DNA of 64,000 nt from Azolla caroliniana (GCA_043228905.1 JBHGNT010000005.1:1240001-1304000), one strand, 5' to 3'. Numbered from the stretch's first letter, positions 40,276 to 51,900 are shown. Notes: generated by a model not told the origin, from the letters alone. Program-made: numbers and translations.

Positions 40276-42333
40276 GGGAAGAGGTGCATACACTCACTCA
40301 TGTTTTGCGGAAACGCAAAAAAGCAAAAAAGCAAAAAGCAAAAGGCGGAAAGCAAAAAAGGCTTCTTAAGAAGGGCTGCCCTATTTATTTTTTAACTTTT
40401 GTGTGAGAATGGATGAACACCCCATTTGGGAATGCACTCTCCTCCCAACGCGATTTGCTTGTTTCCCTCTTTCTTTCATCTTATTATTAGTTGTATCGGT
40501 GTCTTCTTCCATCTACCCTCCCCTTTTCAAAAACAATTGTCCAAACATAGCGAGAGAATGTACGTTGTTGAGAGAATACGCGTGTTTTGGTTGTAAGAAC
40601 TATGCGGATCCGCGAAGATGCTGTCGCATCCGTAAATGCATCGCTGACTTTCTAACATTAGTCAAATAAGAACATAGCCATCTTGATAGAGGGATGCATT
40701 GGTTAATATTAGTAGAACCTTACGTGGTATGTATCATGCAACATCTACGGAATGCAAGGTACCAACATAGATTGCGGCCAACAGATGCCATCTGCTCTAA
40801 ATTGTTGTTATTTTTCTTAGTGAGAAATAAATAAGGATATTTGCTACTCCATTAGTGTTTTCTCGTTTGAATGAGATCGTTGAAATGGATTGTGTAATTA
40901 TATTGACAAGCATTTGTTGTGATGTTGGCTCTCTCATTAAAGATAGAATTTCCTCATTGGTTCAAATTTTAACTATTTGGAAAACTTTACTACACAAGAT
41001 TTTTTGAATATTCTTCCTTATCAAACATTCACTTTTTGATGTGAGCTTTGTGTCTTCAAACATGCTCTTCGTCAAGCATTTAATGTTTGATGAACGTTCT
41101 CTTGTACGAACACATTAGTAGATTTTGTTGCTGTCCTATTGTTCTCAACCATGTTACAACTTCTTATACTTTATCAAAATTTTGCTCTCTTCCTTTCCTC
41201 TCTCTATTCTCTACGGCAATCACTTTCATCTTGTTTTTCCAAAGTAGGTATCATGTAGAAAATAACTTTGTATAAAGAGCCACAATGTCATCATTGAGAG
41301 CTTGCACATGAGAATATCTAAAACTTCGAGTCTTTTGGCGTTTCTTACCAGATTAGTTGTTGCCAATGACACTTGATGTTCACTCATAATAATCATCTTG
41401 TAGTAAGATAAGTTCAAGACAAATCTTGGCAAGACGTTACATGCTACATATCAATGCATTCCAACATTGTTACATTGTTACACACATGCCCTACCATCAA
41501 TTCCTTGGGCAAGAATAATTCATTGTCCTATTGGTGAATTCCTTTTTTTCTTTTTCTTTTTCCCAAAAAAAAACTCCTCAAAGTGGTTTATTTTGAACGT
41601 GCAATAATTTAATTTTCCAAATACATTATTTTGGGTATTGCATTTATAGACAACATAAACCATGTTTAAGAGTGGTTCCTTTGGGCAAAAAATCAATTGT
41701 TGGCAACATGATGAACCTAAAGAAGAAGTGCAACTACAAAAATTTCCAGGAAGTTGGTTTCCAATCAAGGTGACAAATTGCAAAAACGTTTGGTGTTCAT
41801 GATCACAATTGGTGGACAAACCTTGGGCATCCCCAAAGCTTTCTCATTTCCCGTCTTACCTCTTTAAACAGTTTTCCCTCTTTAGATCCTTCATTTACAT
41901 ATTTCTAAAATGTTTCCGTATCTCTCCATGCCCTTTTCACATCTCTAACTCATTTCCCCTTTCATATTGCTTGCTTATTTTTCTCTATGTAATATTTGTA
42001 ACCTATCTCTTTAACCTAATAATATCATAGTATGAACCATTGGTACCATACGCGCATTTGCATTCGAGTATGGTAAATACCATACTTTTATATTCATTAT
42101 TTACTATAGGGTAAAAAAGTAAGAAAAAATATATATAAAATGTCAAAAAAAAAGATAAGTATGTTTTCATAGCATACACATCCATTTGTAAACGTATGAA
42201 AACGGAATGTTTGAGCAGAAGAATGTGAATATTACGTTTTGTGCTTGATATAATATTGCTTTGATAATATAACTGTTCAGTGGTTTGTGAATATTTTGTC
42301 CCTTGTTTGGTTGTTCGGTTTTTGTCCTTTGCA

Positions 42334-43082
42334 GTTGGTCATCAAGTTTGGCTCTTACATCGCCATGTCGACACTACTCGACCTTGCGGAAAGTTGGACT
42401 ACAAGAAGTTGGGGCCTTTCCGCATCATTGAGCGTATCAACCCCGTCACTTTTCGGTTGGAACTTCCTTTGCATTTCCGGATTCATAATGTCTTCCATGC
42501 CTCTCTCCTTGAACCTCATCATCCATCCACTATTCCTGGAAGACACTCTCCACCTCCACCTCCACCTCCACCTCCAATCGAGCTTTCCACAAGTGAGGAG
42601 TATGAGGTTGACAAGATTTTGGACTCTCGTTCGCATCGATGACAACTTCAATACCTGGTCCTATGGAAAGGGTCTCCCATTTTAGAGGCAACTTGGGAAC
42701 CAACCTAACACTTGGAGAATGCACTAGATGTTGTTCATGCATTTCATCACCAATATCCACAAAAACTAGGGAGGCATCTTAGGAGGCGGCCTTAGCGGGA
42801 GGATAATGTCATGGACATGACAACAGTCATGCCATGATTCGAACTCTTGACCTATTGTATTATAATTAAATGATATGACCTTAGTAGATTATGAGTAGAT
42901 TATCTCTTCCACATGCTAGGAGATTTTAGAAGCTTCTAGAAAGCTCTAGAAGTTGGAACATTCTAGATGTTTGTGCATGAAAATGAGTCTCTGCATGGAA
43001 CTACATTTAGAACCCACAAACATGTACAAATATAGGGGTTCACCTTGACCAATATTTTGCTTGTCTATCTCTTGCTTCCTTG

Positions 43083-43127
<45 letters not shown>

Positions 43128-43182
43128 ATCTTACCTTTCACCTAGCTCTGTTTTGCTCTATGTATTCTATTTGTCCGTGACA
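42334..43182 (+). mobile_element. Truncated, decayed Tcn1-like chromovirus: integrase end + chromodomain + PPT + LTR (42807-43182)
   Basis: VWLLHRHVDTTRPCGKLDYKKLGPFRII...EYEVDKILDSR is homologous to the integrase end at 53378-54142. LTR has TGTCA...TGACA ends. Confidence 0.88.
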
Positions 43183-44430
43183 CACTCAACCAAATCCCTA
43201 AACATGTCACCAAGAAAAATGCTCACAAAAAAGAAAACCCAACTTCCAATGCATCTACCATTTGAAGCATTGTTGTCGTTGCAGTTCATGGATGGAACTA
43301 ACAACAAAGTAAATGCAATCATTACAAAGTGCAAATTTCATTAGATAATTATATGTATATGTTCTCTTAGTAGTTAGACCATATTGTAATTGATGTTAGC
43401 ATAATCAAGCTATTACTACATATTAAAGAACCTACACTAAAATAATCAAGCTCCCTATTTGTATCAGATATACTAATAATTAATTGATTGTTTGTAAGTG
43501 ATATATTTTAAGCATTAAAACGGGTATTTGATTTTGAGAACATGTTGTGGCCTCGAAAAACCCATAGAAAAAGAAGGATGAGTAAGCAAATAATTAGTCA
43601 AATTACACATAAAACTTAGAAAAAAAGGCATCAATGAAGCAGATATAATGAATCAAATAACACACAAAACTTTGAAAAAAAAGGATCAATGAAGCAGATA
43701 TAGCGAATCAAATATGGGTACAACACTAAACTGGGCCGAACTTTTCAACTGCAACTAGACGGCCCCTTATGCAACGGCTGGCGTACATTGGGCATCCCTG
43801 ACGAGGTGCTCATTACCTTTTGGAAGGATCTCTAGCGTCTCCACATGCCGGAAAAGATAAAGCTTTTTTGGTGGCAAATTAGTCATAATGTGGTTCCCGT
43901 TGGCGAATGGCTAGGTAAACGTGGTGGCCCGTTAGGTTGCCCACTTTGCCATTCACCTATTGAGACTTTGACGCATTGTCTGTGGGATGGCCCTCAAGCT
44001 CAAAACGTATGGGATAGAGTGACTCGCCTCCTTGCGGCATGTGAATTGGAAGGAACAACATCGTGGAGTGCTACGGCATGGCTTGATCACTCCGTTGATA
44101 GGTGGACGAACGCCCTCAATGTAGATAGTTGGTGTTACGTATGCATGAGAGGCAAAATCGCCAAGATTCGATTTGAGAGAGGCTTGCAGTCCGCATCCCC
44201 TAGGTTCCCAGACATTTGGATGCTGATCGCAGGATTCACCTTGTGGTATGTATGGAAAGCACGTTGCCTAAAGGTCTTTCAAGATCTGGTGTGGCCCCCG
44301 GAGGAAGTGATAATGGACATATGGTTTGCGCTAATCAGCTGCTTATGAGGGGAATTGGACGAGGTTTGTTGCTATTCCAATGACGTGGTTACGGCCCGTT
44401 TGCGCTTTTGGTAGAAATGGCGGAACACGT

Positions 44431-45295
44431 TGTCGTGAAGATCCATCACTATGTGCGGATCGTGAGGCGGAACCACTGGGGTCTTGGACCGGAAGGATTC
44501 GAAGTTTGCACTAGTTTAGCGAGAAAGTATTTAAGATAGATTGAAAGAGAGAGAGAGAGAGAGAGAGATTAAGATTGAACCCTTGACTTTAGACTTAAGA
44601 AACAAGATACACCATCAATTGGATAACGAATTTTCTTCTTCTTAAATTCTTGAATCATACATAGCCCCTCCTTTTTTCTTTTTTATCCACTCTTTTATAG
44701 ATGCCCCCATGCATATGATGCATGTGGGGTACAAGACATGCATAAAATGCATGATGCATGTTTACCATTTGGCGCTTATGTGTTACATGTGATGCATGAT
44801 AACCATGTCACTCATTTAAGCTCTCATATGAGAATTTTCATGTAAAACTATAATGATAAAAATTATAACTTTAAGGAAATGACTTGGCTTAGTGGTAAGT
44901 ATATTGCTTTCTATCTTGGAGGTGCAAGGTTCAAGTCTTTTGGACCAAATATCTTTAAAACACCATGCACCGCGATCATCCGACCCGACCGATCCATCCA
45001 ATTTGCACCCGTTTGGTCTGGCCCGGTTCGGTCCACATCCCGAGGTCACCAAGTGCCGCATCCTGAGGTCGCCACATAACTTCATACCCACATAACTTGA
45101 CACTTAGATGTCCGTTTGTTATATAACAAAGTACATTCAAAAACTCTTCAAGACCTCCATCTTTTTGTACCAAGATATTAAACTTATTTAAAATAGTATC
45201 TTCACTATTATTGTTTTATATTTCATGAGAAGAACCGCACTCGATTTCGTATGTTCCTCACAAGTTTCACACTATCGTCGAAAATCTTCACGACA
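44431..45295 (-). mobile_element. Solo LTR related to the 12501-27433 family
   Basis: Same TGTCGTGAAGAT/ATCTTCACGACA termini and clear reverse-complement similarity to both ends and the TATA region of 12501-13514. The central part is diverged. Flanks ACGT / ACGC. Confidence 0.92.
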
Positions 45296-45382
45296 ACGCC
45301 TATGGTGGCACAAGGAGGAAGTGGCCCGAGGTGGAACTACCAGCCCCCATGCTGGCTATTTCCAGCTCACTTACCACCCTCC

Positions 45383-45672
45383 TGTCATAACTAGACTCGA
45401 ACCCATAACCTTTTGTTACACGGGTCGAGACTTTACCATTAGGTTATGAGTTGTAATTTGAAGGATATTATTTTCATTTAGGTTTTATTAGGAAATTGAT
45501 GTATATTCCAGATTTCTCTGGAACATTCTAGAAACTTCAGGAGTATTCCTGAAGACACTATAAAAGGAGGCGCAAGGCATTAGTTCGAACCAAATCGGTT
45601 CAACGCCAGTCTTAAGCCTTCTAACTACTGTTGTATATCTTCCGTCATATAATACATATATCTTTCGCATCA

Positions 45673-45718
<46 letters not shown>

Positions 45719-45851
45719 ACTCATTCCTTCTCTCAAAGTTCGACACCTCTCATAGTACTAATCCTTCTCTGTCTTAGTACTATTCCCCAACAATAGTACT
45801 AATCCTTCTTTTAGTACTAATTCCTTCTCTGCCTTAATAGAGTTCCTGACA
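45383..45851 (+). repeat. LTR-A (469 bp)
   Basis: TGTCA...TGACA ends, TATAAAA at 45559-45565, a (CT)n tract and four TAGTACTA repeats in U5. Confidence 0.97.
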
Positions 45852-45853
45852 GT

Positions 45854-45865
45854 TTGAACCGATTT
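45854..45865 (+). promoter_or_regulatory. Self-priming-type primer binding site
   Basis: TTGAACCGATTT lacks the TGG of a tRNA PBS and is the exact complement of AAATCGGTTCAA at 45592-45603 in the LTR. A second copy lies on the minus strand at 48453-48464. Confidence 0.85.
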
Positions 45866-47221
45866 GACCTTGGCTGGGTCCATAGATATGCCTTCTGAGG
45901 AGATGACATAGCCGAGAAACTCCACTTGGTTGCACCCGAAACTACATTTCTCTAACTTTGCATACAGACCATGTTCTCGAAGTCGTTTTAGTACTAATAG
46001 TACATGAGAATCATGTTCTTCTTGGGTCTTTGAATAAACCAGTAGATCATCCAAATAGATGATCAAAAAATCATCCAAGAGGTCTCGAAATATATCATTC
46101 GCCATGTGCTGGAAGACTGCCGGCGCATTAGTGAGTCCGAACGGCATGACCGTATACTCGAAGTGCCCATATCTGGTGCGAAACGCGGTCTTCCATTCAT
46201 CTCCTGGTCGGATCCGTACGAGGTTATAGGCTCCTCGTAAGTCGATCTTCGTGAAGAACCTGGCACCGTTGATCCGTTCTAAAAGACTTGAGATAAGGGG
46301 AAGAGCATACCTATTTCTTACTGTGACCTTATTCAAGCCACGGTAATCTACAACGAGTCGAAGCGAGCCATCTTTTTTCTTGACGAAGAAAATGGGTGCG
46401 CCGGCTGGAGATTTCGAATGCCGAATGAAACCGTTCTCCAAATTCTCCTCTATATAGGCTCGAAGGACTTCTAGCTCGGTTGGTGACAAATTGTAGATCG
46501 GCCCCCATGGCGGCTCTTTTCCCGGTTGTAAGTCGATGGCGCAGTCGTACGGCCGATGATGAGGAAGTGTGTTGGCTTGTACTTTATCGAACACATCAGC
46601 ATACTGACGATACTTCTCGGGAAGTTGAACGGTGGACTCCTCTTTGGTGGTGCTGGAGGGTTGTACTGATATTGCAAAGAGAAACATTTCCTCCTTGCGC
46701 CCTTCCTCACGCAACTGACGTAGCGAAATGGTTGCAACCTTCTGGGTAGATCCTTGGGTTTGTCGCAACCGGATTTCCCTTGTCCTCCAATCTATGTCTG
46801 GGTCATGTAACTCGAACCATGGTAATCCTAAAACTATGGGATGTTCTGGAATACTAATAATATTAAATGATACTACACATGTTAAGTTATCTAGGACAAT
46901 ATTAACGGGTTCCGACTCTTCTATGATATTACCAGAAGCAATGGGACGACCATCAATGACTACTACTGAGGCTGGACATGGGAGCTTTCTGAGAGATATC
47001 TGATGAGCTCGGGCAAAATTCCTATCCATGAAGCAAGAATTAGCTCCGGAATCTAGAAGGGCTAAGGTATGTACTGGAGGGGTACTTTTAGTACTAACTG
47101 CTACTTGGACTACGAACACATCACTAACTTGCTTAGAGGGAATGGAACCACTAATGGGCTGCACAGATCTAGGGCTGTCCAACCAAACGGCTCCTATTTT
47201 GGCTGGACTTAGTCGTTTAAC
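45863..47221 (-). pseudogene. pol: Pol copy 1 (protease + RT), truncated at the inversion junction
   Basis: ALLDSGANSCF, DLRGAY, MPFGL, YLDD. Homology stops at ISMDPAKVK; the remaining ORF tail is read-through into antisense LTR-A. Confidence 0.93.
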
Positions 47222-48378
47222 TCTTCTTCTAATTGGCTAAGGACATCAAATTTGTTTGCGAGATTCGGACTATTAGTACTATTAGGACTATTATGACTAT
47301 GAGGATTATCAGAGATTCCTACTGACATAGACTCGGGTTTAGTATAGTCAGAACTAACAATGACTTGGTTTACCTGCCTTCTTGGTCTATGGGGACAGTT
47401 TATCGCGATATGCCCTGGTCCACCGCAATAAAGGCATAATCGGTTTGTTCGGCGTCGTTGCTTTTCCTCCTCCGATAGCGGCCCACGACGACGTGTAGTG
47501 TCAATTTCCATTGGAGTTGGAGTACTTACTGGAGGCGCATTATGTGACTCCCTTTGAAAAGGTTTCGCTACCATTGAGGCATAGGTAGGCTCGGATCTTG
47601 CCCTCGGCATCTGAAATTGTCGTTCCGAACGTCGCTCGAAGAGGCGGTTGTCACATCTGACCGCTCGACTGATTGCTTCTGTTAATGATTTTGGCTCTTC
47701 AGGGAAAGTCAAGAGTAAATCCTTGACATCGTTGCGTAGACCATAGCGGAACTGCTCCATCAATGCTTGATCATCCCAGGGGATATCGGCGGCGAGTAGG
47801 CGGAAATCTGCAGCATATGCGGAGGCTGGACGGTCACCTTGGCGTAATCGCCGGATTTTGTTGATTGCAGTCCTTATGCTGTCAGTATCTCCAAAACATG
47901 CTTTAAACTCACTTATGAATTCTTCAAAATTATTTAGTACTGGAGATTCCTTTTCTAGTAGCGGAGCGAACCATGCTAATGCTGAGCCATTTAACAACGT
48001 GCCTACTAAACCCACTCGTGATGCATCGGTGGGATATCGGGACGGATGCATTTGAATAACTAACCGTACCTGGTTAAGAAACCCTCTAAACTGCGATCGC
48101 GTTCCATCGAACTTCGTGGGAAGGCCAATCTTGGGTTCTTTATGAATCCCTTGTGCTCCGTGCCCTTGTTGTTGCATTGCTACGATGGTTGCTTCGAGTT
48201 GTTGCACGCGTAACGCAAGTTCCCCATGCTGTTGTTGCGTTTGCTGCTTTTCTAAGGAAATTTGCTGAAGATCCCCCAACAAGCGTTGATTTTCTTGTTC
48301 CAAAGCATGAAACTTCTCTTTCAAGCATTGAAATTCCGAGAAAACGGATTGATACTCTTCAGCGCTAACGGTGGCCAT
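47209..48378 (-). CDS. gag: Intact Gag (389 aa) with CCHC zinc knuckle
   Basis: N-terminal coiled coil, PTKFDGTRSQFRGFLNQ (Tf1/sushi/PEG10-type capsid), LRQG..SAYAADF, PMEID and CLYCGGPGHIAINC. Confidence 0.95.
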   Translation of the reverse strand: MATVSAEEYQSVFSEFQCLKEKFHALEQENQRLLGDLQQISLEKQQTQQQHGELALRVQQLEATIVAMQQQGHGAQGIHKEPKIGLPTKFDGTRSQFRGFLNQVRLVIQMHPSRYPTDASRVGLVGTLLNGSALAWFAPLLEKESPVLNNFEEFISEFKACFGDTDSIRTAINKIRRLRQGDRPASAYAADFRLLAADIPWDDQALMEQFRYGLRNDVKDLLLTFPEEPKSLTEAISRAVRCDNRLFERRSERQFQMPRARSEPTYASMVAKPFQRESHNAPPVSTPTPMEIDTTRRRGPLSEEEKQRRRTNRLCLYCGGPGHIAINCPHRPRRQVNQVIVSSDYTKPESMSVGISDNPHSHNSPNSTNSPNLANKFDVLSQLEEELND

Positions 48379-48529
48379 GGGATGAAGGAAAAGGGAAATA
48401 AGAGACTAGTAGGAAAGGAGAGAGACAGAAGGAAGAGGGAGACTAGTAGGGGAAATCGGTTCAAACTGTCAGGAACTCTATTAAGGCAGAGAAGGAATTA
48501 GTACTAAAAGTACCCCTCCAGTACATAAC

Positions 48530-48662
48530 TGTCAGGAACTCTATTAAGGCAGAGAAGGAATTAGTACTAAAAGAAGGATTAGTACTATTGTTGGGGAATA
48601 GTACTAAGACAGAGAAGGATTAGTACTATGAGAGGTGTCGAACTTTGAGAGAAGGAATGAGT

Positions 48663-48706
<44 letters not shown>

Positions 48707-48996
48707 TGATGCGAAAGATATATGTATTATATGACGGAAGATATACAACAGTAGTTAGAAGGCTTAAGACTGGCGTTGAACCGATTTGGTTCGAACTAAT
48801 GCCTTGCGCCTCCTTTTATAGTGTCTTCAGGAATACTCCTGAAGTTTCTAGAATGTTCCAGAGAAATCTGGAATATACATCAATTTCCTAATAAAACCTA
48901 AATGAAAATAATATCCTTCAAATTACAACTCATAACCTAATGGTAAAGTCTCGACCCGTGTAACAAAAGGTTATGGGTTGGAGTCTAGTTATGACA
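48530..48996 (-). repeat. LTR-B, internal and inverted (467 bp)
   Basis: Reverse complement of 54135-54601 with one substitution seen (48980). Preceded on the minus strand by the PPT (48997-49009). Confidence 0.97.
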
Positions 48997-51900
48997 CTAT
49001 CCCCCCTTTAAAACGACGAGTTTCACGAGTCGTTTTGGATTGAGGACCCGGTTTCTCGGGATATCGTCGATGGAAGTCTTCTAGAAGAGCACGAGCATTG
49101 GTCACATTCTCGATCGGTTCCCAAGTACGCTCGCTGGGACTATATCCTAGCCAATCGACTAGATAGTAGAGCTTGTTGCGAACAATCTTGGAATCGAGGA
49201 TGGCAGCGACCTCATACTCAGGTCCATCTTCGAGCTCGATAGGAGGTGGAGGTTGTATAGTACGTCCTGGGATAGTGCTCTCGTGATAGGGTTCGAGGAG
49301 AGAACTATGAAACACCGGGTGTATCCGAAGTTGCGGAGGTAGCTCGAGACGAAAAGCGACATCATTAATCTTCCCGATAATACGGAAAGGACCTAATCGT
49401 CGATAATCCAACTTCTCACATGGGCGAGTAGTCTTGATGTGTCGTCGTAGCAGCCACACCCGATCTCCAATGTTAAAACTGGATGGAAGTCGATGACGAT
49501 CTGCGTAGTCCTTGTGTGATTGTTGAGCTTGCTGGAGTTGAGTAGATAAATCCGCTTGTATCTTGCGTAACCGCTCCAAACGATCCTCCGCGCAAGGATT
49601 TGTGGACACTTCTGGGGTTTCAAGGACACACCACCGGGGATGATATCCCGTATAAGCGTAGAATGGCGTGACTTTAGTCGATGCGTGGATAGCGTTATTA
49701 TAGGCAAATTCGGCGAACGGAAGAATATCTGCCCAGTCATTCTGATGATAGTTGAGAAAGCACCGCAGATACTGCTCCAGTGTTTGATTTGTTCGTTCGG
49801 CTTGACCGTCGGTTTGTGGGTGGTAGCCGGAGGAGAGGTTACAAGTGACCTTCAGCATTTTAAAAAGGTGCTTCCAGAATTTTGACACAAACTGGGGTCC
49901 ACGATCGCTGATGATATTATCAGGGAGTCCATGATGCCGACATACTTCCCGCATGACAATTTCGGCGGTGTCTTCACTAGATATTTCTTTAGTACATGGT
50001 AAGAAATGAGCCATCTTCGTATATCGATCCACCACTGTGAGAATCGCACTGAATCCCTTAGAGACTGGAAGATCTGTAATGAAGTCAAGAGCAATGGATT
50101 GCCATGGCTTGCTTGGAATTGGTAATGGTTCTAATAAACCATATGGATGATGTCTTGGCATTTTCGCTCTGCAGCATGTATCGCAAGTCCGAACAAAATC
50201 TTCGACAAATTGTCGCATACGGGGCCACCAGAATGATCGTTGTACTAAATCTAATGTTTTAGTACTACCAAAATGTCCTGCTGTATATGTGTCCTGGCAG
50301 TTTTGTACTACGCGAAGGCGGCAAGAACCATTAGGAACATACAAAAGTTCTTTAAAGAAGAGTAATCCATCACAGTATTTGAATTGCCGATAATCCGTAC
50401 CTGGTGATTGTGATTGTGAACATGACGCTCGAGAGGGGTCAATTTGTGCTAGTATAGCTTGGGCGAAAGCGTCAGTCTTCAAGTCCTCACGTATAGTATT
50501 GGTAATGTCGGAATCCACGGGCATGTCAAAGATCTGTGCTGCTTGCAGTCGTGCTGGACCCAAGATTACTTGCTTCTGGTTATCGAAAGCTGGCTCACCG
50601 GGACGTGGTGTTAGATACGAACGCCGTGATAATGCATCTGCCTTCCCTTGGTGCTTCCCCGGACGATATGTAATTTTGAAGTCGAAGCGTGTGAGGAAAT
50701 GGGCCCACCGAGCTTGACGTCGATTCAGTACACGAGCATCTTGAAAGTAGGCAAGGTTCTTGTGGTCACTGAATACAGTGACCTGATGAGGAGATCCCTC
50801 CAGGAAATGCCTCCATTGCATAAAAGAATCAACTATTGCTAATAGCTCTTTATCATGAATTTCGTAGTTGATTTCGGCGGCGTCAAACTTACGGGAGTGG
50901 AAAGCCACAGGATGTAGCTTCTCGTCGTTACCCTGTTGTGACAGAATGCTCCCCAATGCGAAATCCGATGCATCAGCTTCGATAATGAATGGTTTTTCCG
51001 GATCCACATGACCTAAAATTGGAGCTGATGTAAACGCCTTCTTAAGACTCTCGAAAGCCATGTCCGTCTCTTTAGACCAAATGAATGATTGTCCCTTCCT
51101 GGTGAGCTGTGTGAGAGGCAGCACAATTTTTGAGTAATTTTGTATGAACTTCCGGTAGAAATTTGCAAAGCCTAGGAAGCATTGCACATCCCGCACCGAA
51201 CGCGGAGTGTGCCATTCTATCACCGTTTTGACCTTGGCTGGGTCCATAGATATGCCTTCTGAGGAGATGACATAGCCGAGAAACTCCACTTGGTTGCACC
51301 CGAAACTACATTTCTCTAACTTTGCATACAGACCATGTTCTCGAAGTCGTTTTAGTACTAATAGTACATGAGAATCATGTTCTTCTTGGGTCTTTGAATA
51401 AACCAGTAGATCATCCAAATAGATGATCAAAAAATCATCCAAGAGGTCTCGAAATATATCATTCGCCATGTGCTGGAAGACTGCCGGCGCATTAGTGAGT
51501 CCGAACGGCATGACCGTATACTCGAAGTGCCCATATCTGGTGCGAAACGCGGTCTTCCATTCATCTCCTGGTCGGATCCGTACGAGGTTATAGGCTCCTC
51601 GTAAGTCGATCTTCGTGAAGAACCTGGCACCGTTGATCCGTTCTAAAAGACTTGAGATAAGGGGAAGAGCATACCTATTTCTTACTGTGACCTTATTCAA
51701 GCCACGGTAATCTACAACGAGTCGAAGCGAGCCATCTTTTTTCTTGACGAAGAAAATGGGTGCGCCGGCTGGAGATTTCGAATGCCGAATGAAACCGTTC
51801 TCCAAATTCTCCTCTATATAGGCTCGAAGGACTTCTAGCTCGGTTGGTGACAAATTGTAGATCGGCCCCCATGGCGGCTCTTTTCCCGGTTGTAAGTCGA

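Noticed and set aside
45751-45830. CRISPR-like array of short palindromic repeats (also considered for 55974-56160 and 60598-60975)
   Set aside because: Eukaryotic context, no unique spacers of constant length and no cas genes. These are ordinary tandem repeats.
47082-47531. The 440-bp gag-pol deletion as a spliced intron (a GTAAGT donor-like motif lies at the breakpoint)
   Set aside because: GTAAGT is retained in the deleted copy, and no placement of the breakpoints within the AAGTAC microhomology gives GT...AG ends.
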